A DNA stretch of 61,654 nucleotides from Rubritepida sp. (lineage in GTDB: Bacteria; Pseudomonadota; Alphaproteobacteria; Acetobacterales; Acetobacteraceae). Numbering within the stretch: the first letter of the stretch is position 1; the number at the start of each line of letters is the position of its first letter. Location: NCBI GenBank assembly GCA_041639675.1, contig JBEQBS010000001.1, positions 1-61,654 of the forward strand. Reading direction: 5' to 3'. Positions 29,824 to 40,500 of the stretch are shown one piece after another. The notes under the pieces are model-generated. The model saw only the letters and a program-made list of their open reading frames with translations, did no database searches and was not told where the DNA came from. The position numbers were made by a program, and so were the translations under genes.

Positions 29824-30798
29824 ATGCCGCAGCACAGATCCACCCGTCGCCAGGCCCTCGCCATCGGGCTCGGGCTGCCCCTGGGCGCCCAGGCGTCGGA
29901 AACTTGGCCCCAGCGCCCCATCCGGGTCATCGTCCCGTATCCGCCCGGGGGCCCGGCCGATATCATGGGACGCCTGGCTGCCCAGAAGATCGGCGAGCGG
30001 CTCAACGTCAACACCGTGGTGGAGAACCGCTCCGGAGCCAGCGGCACGGTGGGGGCGGAGGCGGTCCGGGCGGCGGCGCCGGACGGCCACATGCTCCTTG
30101 CGGCGCCGAGCGTGCATGTCATGGGCCGCCAGGTGCTGAGAAACGTCCCCTACGACCCCATCGGCGACTTCACGCCGGTCGCCCGGTATGGCCAGGGGCC
30201 GCTGCTGGTACTGGCCCATCCGTCGGTGCCCGGCAACACCATCGCCGAGGCGCTGCCCGCGCTGCGTGCCAGGCCCTCGAACTTCGCCTTCGGGCTCTCC
30301 GCATTCGGGGCCGCCAACCACCTGGCGGTTCTTGACTTCAACCGCCGGGCCGGACTGAACCTGCTGGTCGTTCCCTACCGCGGCTCGGCTCCCGCCCTGA
30401 CCGATCTCGTCGGTGGCCAGATCCAGCTCATGATCGATCCGATCATCGCGGCCCTGCCGCACGTTCGTGACGGCCGACTCAAGGCGCTGGCCGTCACGAG
30501 TTCACATCGCAGCCCCAGTGCTCCCGATGTTCCGACGGTGGCCGAGAGCGGCATGCCCGGTCTCGAGTTCGCGTCCTGGTATGGCGTATGGGGTCCGCGC
30601 GGCCTGCCGCCGGGAATCGCGCTGCGCGTGAACGAAGCCCTCAACGCGGGCATGCGCGAGCCCCAAGTCATCGAGCGACTCACGGCGATGGGTTTCGAGC
30701 CGGTGACGGAGAGCCCTGCCGAATTCGCCGCCTTCATCGAAAGCGATGTGCGTCGCAATGCCGAGCTCTTGCGCGAGGCACGCTTCCAGCCGGAGTGA
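29824..30798 (+). CDS. Bug/TctC substrate-binding protein
   Basis: TRRQAL leader, WPQRPIRVIVPYPPGGPAD, VENRSGA, PYRG, PDVPT. Confidence 0.93.
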   Translation: MPQHRSTRRQALAIGLGLPLGAQASETWPQRPIRVIVPYPPGGPADIMGRLAAQKIGERLNVNTVVENRSGASGTVGAEAVRAAAPDGHMLLAAPSVHVMGRQVLRNVPYDPIGDFTPVARYGQGPLLVLAHPSVPGNTIAEALPALRARPSNFAFGLSAFGAANHLAVLDFNRRAGLNLLVVPYRGSAPALTDLVGGQIQLMIDPIIAALPHVRDGRLKALAVTSSHRSPSAPDVPTVAESGMPGLEFASWYGVWGPRGLPPGIALRVNEALNAGMREPQVIERLTAMGFEPVTESPAEFAAFIESDVRRNAELLREARFQPE

Positions 30799-30831
30799 CG
30801 CCGCCCCGGCTGGTTGCGGCAGGCCACCCGC

Positions 30832-32271
30832 CTACAACGGTGCCTGGGTGACGAATTTCGTGACGAGATAGGGCTCGATGGCCTCCAATCCGCCTTCGGA
30901 CCCGTACCCGCTGTCCTTCACCCCGCCGAAAGGCACTTCGGGCAGCGCAATGCCAACATGGTTGATCGTCAGCATGCCCGCTTCGATCCGCGCGCCGAGG
31001 GCCTGCGCCGTGGTTGCGGCGCCCGTGAAAGCGTAGGCGGCGAGGCCGTAGGGCAGACGGTTGCTCTCGGCCACAGCCTCTTCCAGATTGGAGAACCGGT
31101 TCACGAGCGCCAGGGGGCCAAAGGGCTCCTCGTTCATCGCGCGGGCGGCAGGTGGCACCTCGGTCAGGATGGTGGGCTCGTGGAAGTAGCCCTTGTTGCC
31201 GATGCGGTTGCCGCCCGCCTGGAGCCTCGCACCGCGGCCGATGGCATCCTGCACGAGCGCTTCGATCGCCGGAACCCGCCGGTCATTGGCGAGAGGACCC
31301 ATCGTAACGCCGGGATCCATGCCGTTGCCGACGTTGAGCGCCTTCGCCGCCGCGGTGAAAGCCTCGACGAACTCGTCGAAGGAGCGCTCCTGGACGAGGA
31401 AGCGCGTCGGCGAGGCGCAGACCTGCCCGGCATTCCGGAACTTCGTGGCCGCAAGGATCCGCGCGGCCTTTCCGACATCCGCGTCGTCGAAGACGATGGC
31501 GGGCGCATGGCCGCCGAGTTCCATCGTCGCCCGTTTCATGTGCTGCCCCGCCATCGCGGCGAGCGTTTTCCCGACCGGCGTGGACCCCGTGAAGGTGATC
31601 TTCCGGATGACAGGGTGCGGGATGAGGTAGGACGAGATCTCGGCAGGCACCCCATAGACCAGACCGATCACGCCCGGGGGCAAGCCCGCATCCACGAAGC
31701 AGCGGACCAGTTCGGCGGGTGACGCGGGCGTCTCCTCCGGCGCCTTGACGATGATGGAGCAGCCCGTCGCCAGCGCCGCGCTGAGCTTTCGCACCACTTG
31801 GTTGATGGGGAAGTTCCACGGCGTGAAGGCCGCGACCGGCCCGACCGCCTCCTTCAAGACCAAGTTGTAGACACCCTCAGCCCGCGCCGGGATGACGCGC
31901 CCATACGCCCGACGGCCCTCCTCGGCCATCCAGTCGATGATGTCGCCAGCCGCCAGCACCTCCATCCGCGCCTCCCCGAGCGGCTTCCCTTGCTCCGCGG
32001 TTAGGATCGGAGCGATGGCGTCCGCTCGGGCCCGCAGGAGGTCGGCAGCCTTGCGCATGAGCTTGCAGCGGTCGAGGACGGACACCTTCCGCCAGGTCTC
32101 GAAGCCTTGCTGGGCTGCCTGGACTGCTTCGTCGAGATCAGTCCGGCCGGCGTGGGCGACGGTGCCGATGACCTCTTCCGTCGCGGGGTTGATGACCTCC
32201 AAGGTCCTGGCGGAGCGGGCGTCGCGCCATTCACCGTTGATGTGAAGCTGAACGTTTGGGTAGGCGCCCAT
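30832..32271 (-). CDS. NAD(P)-dependent aldehyde dehydrogenase (succinate-semialdehyde dehydrogenase-like)
   Basis: [36 protein letters not shown]. Confidence 0.94.
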   Translation of the reverse strand: MGAYPNVQLHINGEWRDARSARTLEVINPATEEVIGTVAHAGRTDLDEAVQAAQQGFETWRKVSVLDRCKLMRKAADLLRARADAIAPILTAEQGKPLGEARMEVLAAGDIIDWMAEEGRRAYGRVIPARAEGVYNLVLKEAVGPVAAFTPWNFPINQVVRKLSAALATGCSIIVKAPEETPASPAELVRCFVDAGLPPGVIGLVYGVPAEISSYLIPHPVIRKITFTGSTPVGKTLAAMAGQHMKRATMELGGHAPAIVFDDADVGKAARILAATKFRNAGQVCASPTRFLVQERSFDEFVEAFTAAAKALNVGNGMDPGVTMGPLANDRRVPAIEALVQDAIGRGARLQAGGNRIGNKGYFHEPTILTEVPPAARAMNEEPFGPLALVNRFSNLEEAVAESNRLPYGLAAYAFTGAATTAQALGARIEAGMLTINHVGIALPEVPFGGVKDSGYGSEGGLEAIEPYLVTKFVTQAPL

Positions 32272-32556
32272 CGGTGAAATCTCCATGGTTCTGTGTTGCG
32301 CGGGAAGGAACGGCGTCATCGCCCCAGCCTTGTCGGAATAGACGCCGGTCCCGCGGTCCATCTCGACGCGGCCACGCATCGGCTGCGCGGCACCGCAGCA
32401 GGCTGGGCAAGCGCTTCTCCGATCGCGGCTTCAGCGCCTCGACCACAGTCAACATCCTGTCGTTACGGCAGCACACCCGTCACGGGACGGGCGCCAAGCG
32501 AGTGGTCATCGGGCTTCGTTGGTCTCAATTCGTCGACACGCGCGACTAGACTTTCC

Positions 32557-32571
32557 GTTGACATTGTCAAT
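32557..32571. promoter_or_regulatory. Operator palindrome, copy 3
   Basis: GTTGACATTGTCAAT in the divergent ALDH/Bug gap. Confidence 0.7.
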
Positions 32572-32758
32572 CAAAAACGGAGGTGTCGTCGTCTCCTGCG
32601 TCCAGCTTCGTACTTGGAAAGGTGGGTAGGAGCGTGTTCAGCACCAATTGGCTCTCAGGACAACGACTGCGGCGCTTCCAAGCGCATAGGCCCCGGGGCC
32701 GAATGACCGGTCCGGGCAGACTCCCGCACGAGGGGCACCCTGGGCGGCGTGCGAGAAG

Positions 32759-32773
32759 GTTGATAACGTCAAC
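32759..32773. promoter_or_regulatory. Operator palindrome, copy 4
   Basis: GTTGATAACGTCAAC 30 bp upstream of the Bug gene at 32804. Confidence 0.7.
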
Positions 32774-32803
32774 CTCTGGTGCCCAGGAAGCCTGAGGAGC
32801 GAC

Positions 32804-33787
32804 ATGATCCGCCGTCACCTTCACTTCTTCCTGCTGGGCTGCGCCGGCCTGTCGGGATCGTTGCTTCTGGCCGCCGACGCCCGCGCCGAATTCCCAGACC
32901 GTGCCGTGCGGCTCGTCGTCCCCTTTGCGGCGGGCGGCGGAACCGACATTGTCGCGCGGCTCGTGGCGGCCCGAATGGCTGAGCGGCTCGGCCAGCCAGT
33001 CGTCGTGGACAACCGGGCCGGGGGCGGTGGCAGCGTCGGCTCCGATGCCGTGGCCAAGGCCCGGCCGGACGGCCACACGTTGTTGATGGCGACCGTTTCC
33101 ACCCATGCGATCAATCCCGCGCTGCAAAGCCGTCTGCCGTTCGATCCCATCCGTGACTTCGCCCCCGTGTCGCTTCTTGTCACGGTGCCCGGCGTAGCCG
33201 TAGTGGGTGCGAGCCAACCGTACCGGACCGCCGGCGATCTGGTGGCCGCAATGCGGAACAGGCCATGGAGCGTCTCCTACGGCTCGCAGGGCATCGGCGG
33301 CATTGGCCATCTCATGGGCGAGATGTTCGCCCGCGAAGCCGCCGGACAAGCCGTGCACGTACCGTATCGGGGCGCCGCTCCGGCGATGCAGGATCTTGTC
33401 GGCGGCAGGATCGACGTGGTCTTCGACACGCTGCCCGGCGTGGCATCCCAGATCCGCGCCGGCACGGCGCGCCCACTCGTCGTGGCCTCTCCCACCCGCC
33501 TTCCTGCCTTACCCGACGTGCCGACGGGGGCCGAGGCGGGCCTGCCGGGCTTCGTCGCAGCAACCTGGAACGCCCTCCTCGCCCCGGCTGGCACTCCGCC
33601 GGAGATCGTGCGGGTGCTGAACGCGGCGGCGGTGGACGCCCTCCGGGCACCTGGCATGCGTGAGCGCCTGACCGAGATGAGCGCCGAGGTTGTCGGCTCG
33701 ACGCCGGACGAGTTGGGGCGGTTCCTGCGTGAGGAACTGGCACGCTGGGGACCCATCGTCGAGGCAAGCGGCGCCCGACTGGACTAA
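32804..33787 (+). CDS. Bug/TctC substrate-binding protein
   Basis: FPDRAVRLVVPFAAGGGTD, DNRAG, PDGHTLL, HVPYRG, PDVPT. Confidence 0.93.
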   Translation: MIRRHLHFFLLGCAGLSGSLLLAADARAEFPDRAVRLVVPFAAGGGTDIVARLVAARMAERLGQPVVVDNRAGGGGSVGSDAVAKARPDGHTLLMATVSTHAINPALQSRLPFDPIRDFAPVSLLVTVPGVAVVGASQPYRTAGDLVAAMRNRPWSVSYGSQGIGGIGHLMGEMFAREAAGQAVHVPYRGAAPAMQDLVGGRIDVVFDTLPGVASQIRAGTARPLVVASPTRLPALPDVPTGAEAGLPGFVAATWNALLAPAGTPPEIVRVLNAAAVDALRAPGMRERLTEMSAEVVGSTPDELGRFLREELARWGPIVEASGARLD

Positions 33788-33950
33788 ATGCGCGGCAGGC
33801 GCCTCGCCCGTTCGGGTTGGGCGGGGTCGGCGGCCGTCAGGCCCCTGCCACATGTCCGCGCCCGAACGACCAGCACGTCGAGGAATTGACCATCACGCCT
33901 GGAATGGCCCTTGCGAAGATTGGACACCAGTCTGGAGCCGTCGGGCTGGC

Positions 33951-34730
33951 TCACTCGCTTGGCGCTCCAGCGAGCGCGGCTGTGATCTCACTCGCCGCCT
34001 CGACCACCAACTGACCGAAGTGTCGGGCTTGGGCCGCATCAATCCGTGCCTCAGGACCGAACACGCCCACCGATCCCGCAACCTGGTGACCGGCGCGAAA
34101 GAAAGGAGCTGCAATGGCGACCGCACCGCGAAACACCTCGCCGCGGCTGACCGCCACGCCTTCGTCCCTGCACCGCTGGAGGTCCTCCATGAGCTGAGAA
34201 CGATTCACTTCGGCGGGCAGCGACCGCAGCACCGCCGTCGCGGCCGCTTCATCGCTCATGATGTGGGCCAGGATGGCCTTGCCGCTCGCTCCCCGGCTGA
34301 TGTGCTCCGTCTCCCCGACGCCACGCGTGATGGTAAGGACCTGTCGGCTCGGCAGTTCCAGGAGGCAGAGCCGTTCGTCATCCTGAAGGACGAAGAGGGC
34401 CGCGGTCTCGCCCGTCACGTCACGGAGACGCTCCAGCACCGGCCGCGCCAGGGCCGCGACGTCCACGTCCGAAGCCCAGACATGCGCCAGGGACATCACG
34501 GCCGGCCCCAGCCCGAAACGTTGCGGCTCGCCGGATGCGTGCACGAGGCCGCTTGTGATGAGAGTCTGGAGGAGGCGGTACAGGGTTGGCCGGCTGATGC
34601 CGGTAAGCCGCTGGAGCTCCAGGACGGTCAGGCGGGGGCGCTCGCTCGTGAACGCCTTGAGGATCGAGACGGCACGCTGCACGGCACGGACGCTGTCCCC
34701 CTCCCCACCCTCCGCGTGATTGGTTGACAT
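33951..34730 (-). CDS. IclR-family regulator
   Basis: VRAVQRAVSIL, TGISRPTLYRLL, TGET, GASGKAIL, AIAAP; start may be 34757. Confidence 0.9.
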   Translation of the reverse strand: MSTNHAEGGEGDSVRAVQRAVSILKAFTSERPRLTVLELQRLTGISRPTLYRLLQTLITSGLVHASGEPQRFGLGPAVMSLAHVWASDVDVAALARPVLERLRDVTGETAALFVLQDDERLCLLELPSRQVLTITRGVGETEHISRGASGKAILAHIMSDEAAATAVLRSLPAEVNRSQLMEDLQRCRDEGVAVSRGEVFRGAVAIAAPFFRAGHQVAGSVGVFGPEARIDAAQARHFGQLVVEAASEITAALAGAPSE

Positions 34731-34737
34731 ACTCAAC
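34723..34737. promoter_or_regulatory. Operator palindrome, copy 5
   Basis: GTTGACATACTCAAC overlapping the IclR start region, upstream of the divergent ferredoxin gene. Confidence 0.55.
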
Positions 34738-34914
34738 TTGATTTTCTCCTCGACCATGGACAATATGGCCTTTGAGAATGCTGTTCGTCCACCGGACAGG
34801 AACGCGTTGGCGTTGGGTCCGGTCGAACGAAGCCCCTGCCCACCAACCGCACGGGGCCCGAGTTGTCCTGGCGGGTCCAGGCGCTGGATGCGTGACCATG
34901 AGGGAGAGACCAAG

Positions 34915-35238
34915 ATGCCTGAGGTGATCTATGTTGGCAGCGATGGGACCGAGCGAAGGGTGGACGTGCCCAAGGGACGTTCCGTCATGCAGGGTGCCAT
35001 CCAGAATGGCATCCGGGGCATCGAGGCCGAGTGTGGCGGCGTTCTTTCCTGTGCCACATGCCACGTGTACGTCGACCCTGCATGGGTGGATCGTCTGGAC
35101 CCGCCGAGCGAGGACGAGGCGGACATGCTGACGAACACCGCCGCCGAGCACGAGCCCGGCAGCCGCCTGAGCTGTCAGATCGAGGTGACCGCCGAATTGG
35201 AAGGGCTGGTGGTCCGCATCCCTGAGACGCAGTCGTGA
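34915..35238 (+). CDS. 2Fe-2S ferredoxin, putidaredoxin/adrenodoxin type
   Basis: ECGGVLSCATCHVYV...SRLSCQI; GGGAG RBS. Confidence 0.94.
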   Translation: MPEVIYVGSDGTERRVDVPKGRSVMQGAIQNGIRGIEAECGGVLSCATCHVYVDPAWVDRLDPPSEDEADMLTNTAAEHEPGSRLSCQIEVTAELEGLVVRIPETQS

Positions 35239-36470
35239 ACGAAGGGTTGGTGATCCTCGGCGCATCCTATGCTGGTGTGCAGATTGCCGTCAGTGCCCGC
35301 GAAAGCGGTTACGACGGCCCGATCACCATCATCGGCGACGAGGTGGAGCTGCCTTACCAACGTCCACCCCTGTCGAAGGGGTACCTCTCCGGCAAGGTGG
35401 ACGAGGCGGTCCTTCCGCTTCGGAGCGCGGCCTTCTTCGAAGAGCAGCGCATCGCGTTGCATCTCGGTGTTGCGGCCGCCGCAGTGGACCGGCGCGGCCG
35501 GACGGTCATGCTTGCCGACGGAACCGAACGCCGCTTCGGGCGTCTGGCCTTCGCGACGGGCAGCCGGGCCCGCATGCTGCCCCTGCCTGGCAATGACTTG
35601 GCCGGAGTGCATACCCTGCGCTCTCTCGCCGACGCGCGGCGTCTGGTCGCCGCGATGCGCTCTGCCGAACGGGCGGTGGTGATCGGTGGTGGTTACATCG
35701 GGCTCGAAGTCGCCTCGACCCTGGTTGCAGCCGGATGCGCCGTGACGGTGCTGGAGGCCTCGGACCGACTCCTATCCCGCGCGGCGGCCCCGCCACTCGC
35801 CGAGTTCGTGACCGACGTCCACCGCTCCCGTGGCGTGGAGATCGTCACCGGCGTGCAGGCCACCCGGATCCTCGGCGAGGACGGACGGGCCGTGGCGGTC
35901 GAGAGCACCGACCATGTGTCGCGTCCCGCCGATCTCGTCCTGGTGGCGGCGGGCGCGATCCCCAACGGGGAACTCGCCGTGGCGGCGGGCCTGGCCTGTG
36001 ACCAGACGGCCATCGTCGTTGACCGATGCGGTCGCACCAACGAACCCGAGATTCTGGCCGCGGGCGACTGCGCGGTGACCCGTCAGGGGGGCACGATCCT
36101 GCGCCTTGAATCCATCCAGAACGCGACCGACCAGGGGCGTGCTGCCGGCCGCGTCGTGGCCGGGCGGGAGGACGAGCACGCAGCGGTGCCTTGGTTCTGG
36201 TCGGACCAATACGACCTGAAGCTCCAGATGGCAGGCCTCGTCGCCGGCTACGACCGGCACGTCGTCCGCGGCCGCGTTGAGTCCGGGCGGTTCGGCATCT
36301 ACTACTTCCGGGAGGGTCGCCTCATCGCCGTGGACACGGTGAACAAGCCCGGCGACCACCTTACCGCGCGCAAGCTCGTGGCATCTGCAGACGGCGTCAC
36401 ACCGGAGGCAGTTGCTGATGAAAGCGTCGATCTGCGCGCTTTCCTGAAGGCGCACGCGAACGCATCGTAG
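35235..36470 (+). CDS. Ferredoxin reductase, GR/putidaredoxin-reductase type
   Basis: PYQRPPLSK, ATG, GGGYIGLE, AAGD, RLES.QNA, PWFWSDQY. Confidence 0.94.
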   Translation: MNEGLVILGASYAGVQIAVSARESGYDGPITIIGDEVELPYQRPPLSKGYLSGKVDEAVLPLRSAAFFEEQRIALHLGVAAAAVDRRGRTVMLADGTERRFGRLAFATGSRARMLPLPGNDLAGVHTLRSLADARRLVAAMRSAERAVVIGGGYIGLEVASTLVAAGCAVTVLEASDRLLSRAAAPPLAEFVTDVHRSRGVEIVTGVQATRILGEDGRAVAVESTDHVSRPADLVLVAAGAIPNGELAVAAGLACDQTAIVVDRCGRTNEPEILAAGDCAVTRQGGTILRLESIQNATDQGRAAGRVVAGREDEHAAVPWFWSDQYDLKLQMAGLVAGYDRHVVRGRVESGRFGIYYFREGRLIAVDTVNKPGDHLTARKLVASADGVTPEAVADESVDLRAFLKAHANAS

Positions 36471-36894
36471 CGCCCAAGCCAAATGGCTACTGCGATGCCA
36501 GGCTGAGGACAGAATCGACCGCTGGAGCCCGCCGCGGGCGAGGTGCCGCTGGCAGGTCGGGAGACGGCGTGGCGAACAACAACCGGGTTCCTGGAGCGCT
36601 TCGGCCATTTGGCGCTGTCCGACCTCACGCGCCGACGTTCCTCCGCGGCGCCTGGGATGGCGGCCGCGCCGCGGCGCGGGACCGGTAGCGGCGAGGGGCT
36701 TGGCGGAGCTCCGGCCCCCGCGCCGCTGCGCCGTGTCCCTCGAAAGTCTCGAGCGTGATAATTCTCCCTTATCGCGCCCGAGGGAGCTGTGCCATCATCC
36801 TCGCCGTGATCGCGTGCCCGACCGACTGATGGATCGCTTAGCTTCCCCTGGCCCCGAGGCGACTACGGCCACGTCCGCTGCCGGTGCGCCCAGC

Positions 36895-37350
36895 ATCAAG
36901 GGTCAAGCCGCATTTGGCGAGGCGATCGGCTTCGCGTGCGCCTCGCTCTCAGCAAACAGTCGCCGTTCCGACTGGGCACACTCCGAGGGGTGGTGCACTG
37001 GCTTCGCCGCGCAGCCCGCCGCCCCAGAGGCCCTCGCTGCCGACCTCGCCGCTCACGCCTGTACAGGCGGCCGCGCGGCGCTCCGCCGCCGCCTCGCCGC
37101 CGTCTGCCCGCCCGACCGCCTCGCGGGCAAGCGGGACCCGAGACCGTGCGTTCCTCCCGCTTGGCTACGCCGCCGATCTGAGCCGCGCCGAGTTCGTCGC
37201 GGTGGACCGCGCTCATCTGGCGCGGCGGCGGCGACCGCGCCGGCGTCGGCCTCGGATGCCGCGGCGGCGAATTCGCGCGACTGCGTGCTCGACGCCCATG
37301 CGCGGTGGCCCGTGCTGGCCCTCGGCCCCCACGAACGGGACGCCCTGTGC
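36895..37350 (+). pseudogene. Degenerate Cre-like tyrosine recombinase remnant
   Basis: Frame-broken pieces ASLSANSRRSDWAH..WC..PAAPEALAADLA..LRRRLAA and LAGKRD / RDRAFLPLGYAADLSRAEFVAVD resemble Cre/XerD-like integrases with internal deletions. Confidence 0.65.
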
Positions 37351-37530
37351 AGGATGTGGGCAAACTGGGGTACGACGTGGCCGCTGCGGCGCGCCGGCGT
37401 GGTGGAGGGGGGCGGCCCAGGCGGGCAGCGCTCGCGTACACGTTCTTCTCGGCCGATTGGTCACACTGACTTCTCCTGCACCACCTCCGCCGGCGCTGGC
37501 TCGCTCTGAATTTTGATCTGGAAGCGCAGT

Positions 37531-40500
37531 ATGCCTGACGGCTTGCAGCAAGACGAAGGCGTTTCCACGCTCCTCGACGCGTCGCTCCGACGGACTGTTC
37601 TGCTGCAGGGCGGCGACGGGATGCCCGTGCCGCTCGGTTCGCTCCTCGACCGCCGCGCCGTCGTGCTCCTAGGCGATCCGGGTCTCGGCAAGAGCACCTG
37701 CATGGAGGCGGTGGCCAGGGCCGCAGGGGCGCCACTTCGAACAGTGCGCGGATTTCTTGCTGCCCGCGCGGGCGACGTGGGCGCGCCCGGCACGACCCTG
37801 CTCGACGGCCTCGACGAAACCATGGCGCTTTCGGCGGATCGGACCGTGGTGGACGAGGTCGTCGCCCGGCTTTCTGCGGCAGGGTGGCCGGCGTTCTGGC
37901 TGTCGTGCCGACCCGCCGACTGGGCGCGCGCCGACGGGCGCGCGCTGCTGGCGGAGTGCGCGCCGGGCGGCATCGCTGTCGCCCATCTCCTGCCGCTCTC
38001 GGACGACGAGATCGAGGCGGCTGTCGCCGGCGCCGGCCTCGACCCGCCCGCAGTGCTTCGGGCGATGGAGGCGGTCGGGCTCCTCCCGCTGCTCGGCAAC
38101 CCGCAGACGCTGCGGCTCGTCACTGAGGTGTTCGCGGACGGCGGGTCACCCACCTCGCGCACCGACCTCTACCGGAGAGCCACCGAGCACCTCGCGCGTG
38201 AGAGCAACCGCCTGCACGCGAGCGCCGCCGCGCGTCCGTCCGATGCCGAACTCCTTGAGGCCGGTGGCGCCGCCGCGGCGGTCCTGCTGCTTTCGGGCCG
38301 GGTGGCCCTCGCGCCCCGGGGTGCCGAGATCGAGGGCGCGGTCCCGATTGGGACAATGGACCGGCTGGCGCCAGCGGCCCACCTCGAAGCTGCCCTGCAG
38401 AGCCGCCTGTTCGCCGCCACACCTGGCGGCGGGTGGGTTCCTGCGCACCGCACCGTGGCGGAGTTCCTCGCCGCGGCCTGGATGGCGCGCCGGGTCGAGC
38501 TCGGCAGCGAGCCCCTCGGCCGAACCCTCGCGCTGATCTGCGGCGGGGCCGGCGCGCCCGACCCGTCGCTCGGCGGGCTCTTCGCGTGGCTGGCCGCCCT
38601 GCTGCCCGACGACGCGGAACGCTTTGTCGGGCGCGACCCGTACACCGTGGTCGCCTACGGCGACGTGGCGGCGCTCCGGCCGGGCGCGCGGCACGCGCTG
38701 CTGGCGGGGCTGCGGGATCTGTCGGAGTCGGAGCCGTTCTTCCGGGCCGGGCGGTGGGGTGAGGCGCGGCTCGGCGCGCTCGCCGTCCCTGAGCTGGCCG
38801 ACGGGCTGAGGCAGATCATCGCCACGCGCCCCGTGCGCTTCCACCTGCTGAGCTGCGCGCTGGAGGCGGTGGAGCACGGGGCCCCCCTGCCGGACCTGAC
38901 CGAAGACCTCGCCGCGCTGATCTTCGACGCCAGCCTGGACACCGAGGTCCGCACGCTGGCGATCAGCACGTTCGCCAACGTAGCGCCTGCGGAACGCCTG
39001 CGCACCGCGTTCTTTGCCCTCCTCGCTGACAACACGGTGGACCCCGGAGCAAACCTCGCGGGCACAATGCTGCTCAAGCTGTACCCCACCGTTCTCGGCG
39101 AAGACGAGGTCGAGGCGTTCCTGCTCCGGTTCGTCGCCACCGACACCGGGCAGGGGGACCGGCTTCACGTTGAGCACCGGCTGCCCAAGCGGGTGCCGGC
39201 TGTCCACGCCGCGGGGCTGCTTGACCGCCTCGCCCGCCACGCCTGGCCGGCCGACGCCCCGCACCCGCTGTCACGGGCCCATGAGGTCCGCGAGCTGGCG
39301 CGACGCTTGGCCGCGCGCGCGATTCCGACGGCGCCCCCAACGCGCGCCGTCTCGTGGCTTGCGCTGCTCGCCGGCGACGGGACCGGCGGGGCGAATCACC
39401 GTGAGCTGCGCGAAGCCTTTGCCTCCCGTCCGGACCTCTACGTCCCGCTCCTGGCCGCAGTGGCATCGCTTTCGGTGCGCGACGGTGCGCCGCTGCCGCC
39501 CTCCATGGCGCCCTGGCGGGCGAGGCAGATGCTGCCGTGGTGCGAGCCGCCTCCGGACGCCGCGGCGAGGCTGGTGGCGGCCGTGGAGGCAGACCCCGAT
39601 GCGGAGGAAGCCTTGGCCTTGTACGCCTCCGCGCTCGTGCTGCTCCTGCACGACGGGGGCATCGGCTGCGAGGATATTTTCGAGCGCTGCCACGCGGCGG
39701 CAGGACTGCGGCTGGAGTTCGAGCGCGAGCGCGAGAAATTCGCTGTGTGTCCGCTGGGCGAGCAGGAGGAGTGGAGGCGAGAGGAGCGGCGCCGGCGCGA
39801 GGAGCAGGCGCGGAACGACGTCGAGACGCGTCAGCGCAGCGATGGCTGGCTCGCGGAACGGGCTGCCTCCATCGCGGACGGATCGGAGGAGCACGGCCTC
39901 GAGTGGCTCGCGCAGGGCTGGTTCGGGCGCATCCACGCGCCTGGTGACGCAGAGCCGCCGCGCGATCCGGTGGACCGGCTGGCACGCCTCGTTCAGCCAG
40001 AGGTGACTAGGGCGGCAATGTCAGGCTTCCGGGCGTATGCCGAACGCGGGCCGCTGCCCACGCCAGGGGAGCTCGCTGCGAGGGCGGGCGGAGTCTCTAT
40101 TCCCGCTGTGGGGCTCGCGGCGCTCGCCGGCGCCGACCTTCTCGCCGTCGAGCGGGGCGACGCTGCCCTTGCCGGCCTTCCCCCGGAGCGCCGCGTAGCG
40201 CTGCTGTGCCTCGGGCTCGTGCACGCCACGCAGACGACGGTGGACCGCACCGTCCACCGGGACCGCCGGCCGTGGATGGGCGCCGTCGCCGACGCCCTGC
40301 CGGACGAGAGCGCGGCCGCAGTTCGGGCCTTGCTGTTGCCGCAGCTCGCGGCGGGCGCGGCGTTCCTCGACGGATGGGACCAGCTGCAGGGCGACCCCGC
40401 CCTGCGGCGCTTGCTCCGCGACGTCCTGCCGGATCTCCTTGCGGCGGTTCCCGCCGCCGGGTCCGCGCTGGATCCGATCTGGCGGACGGCCCTCGTCGAG

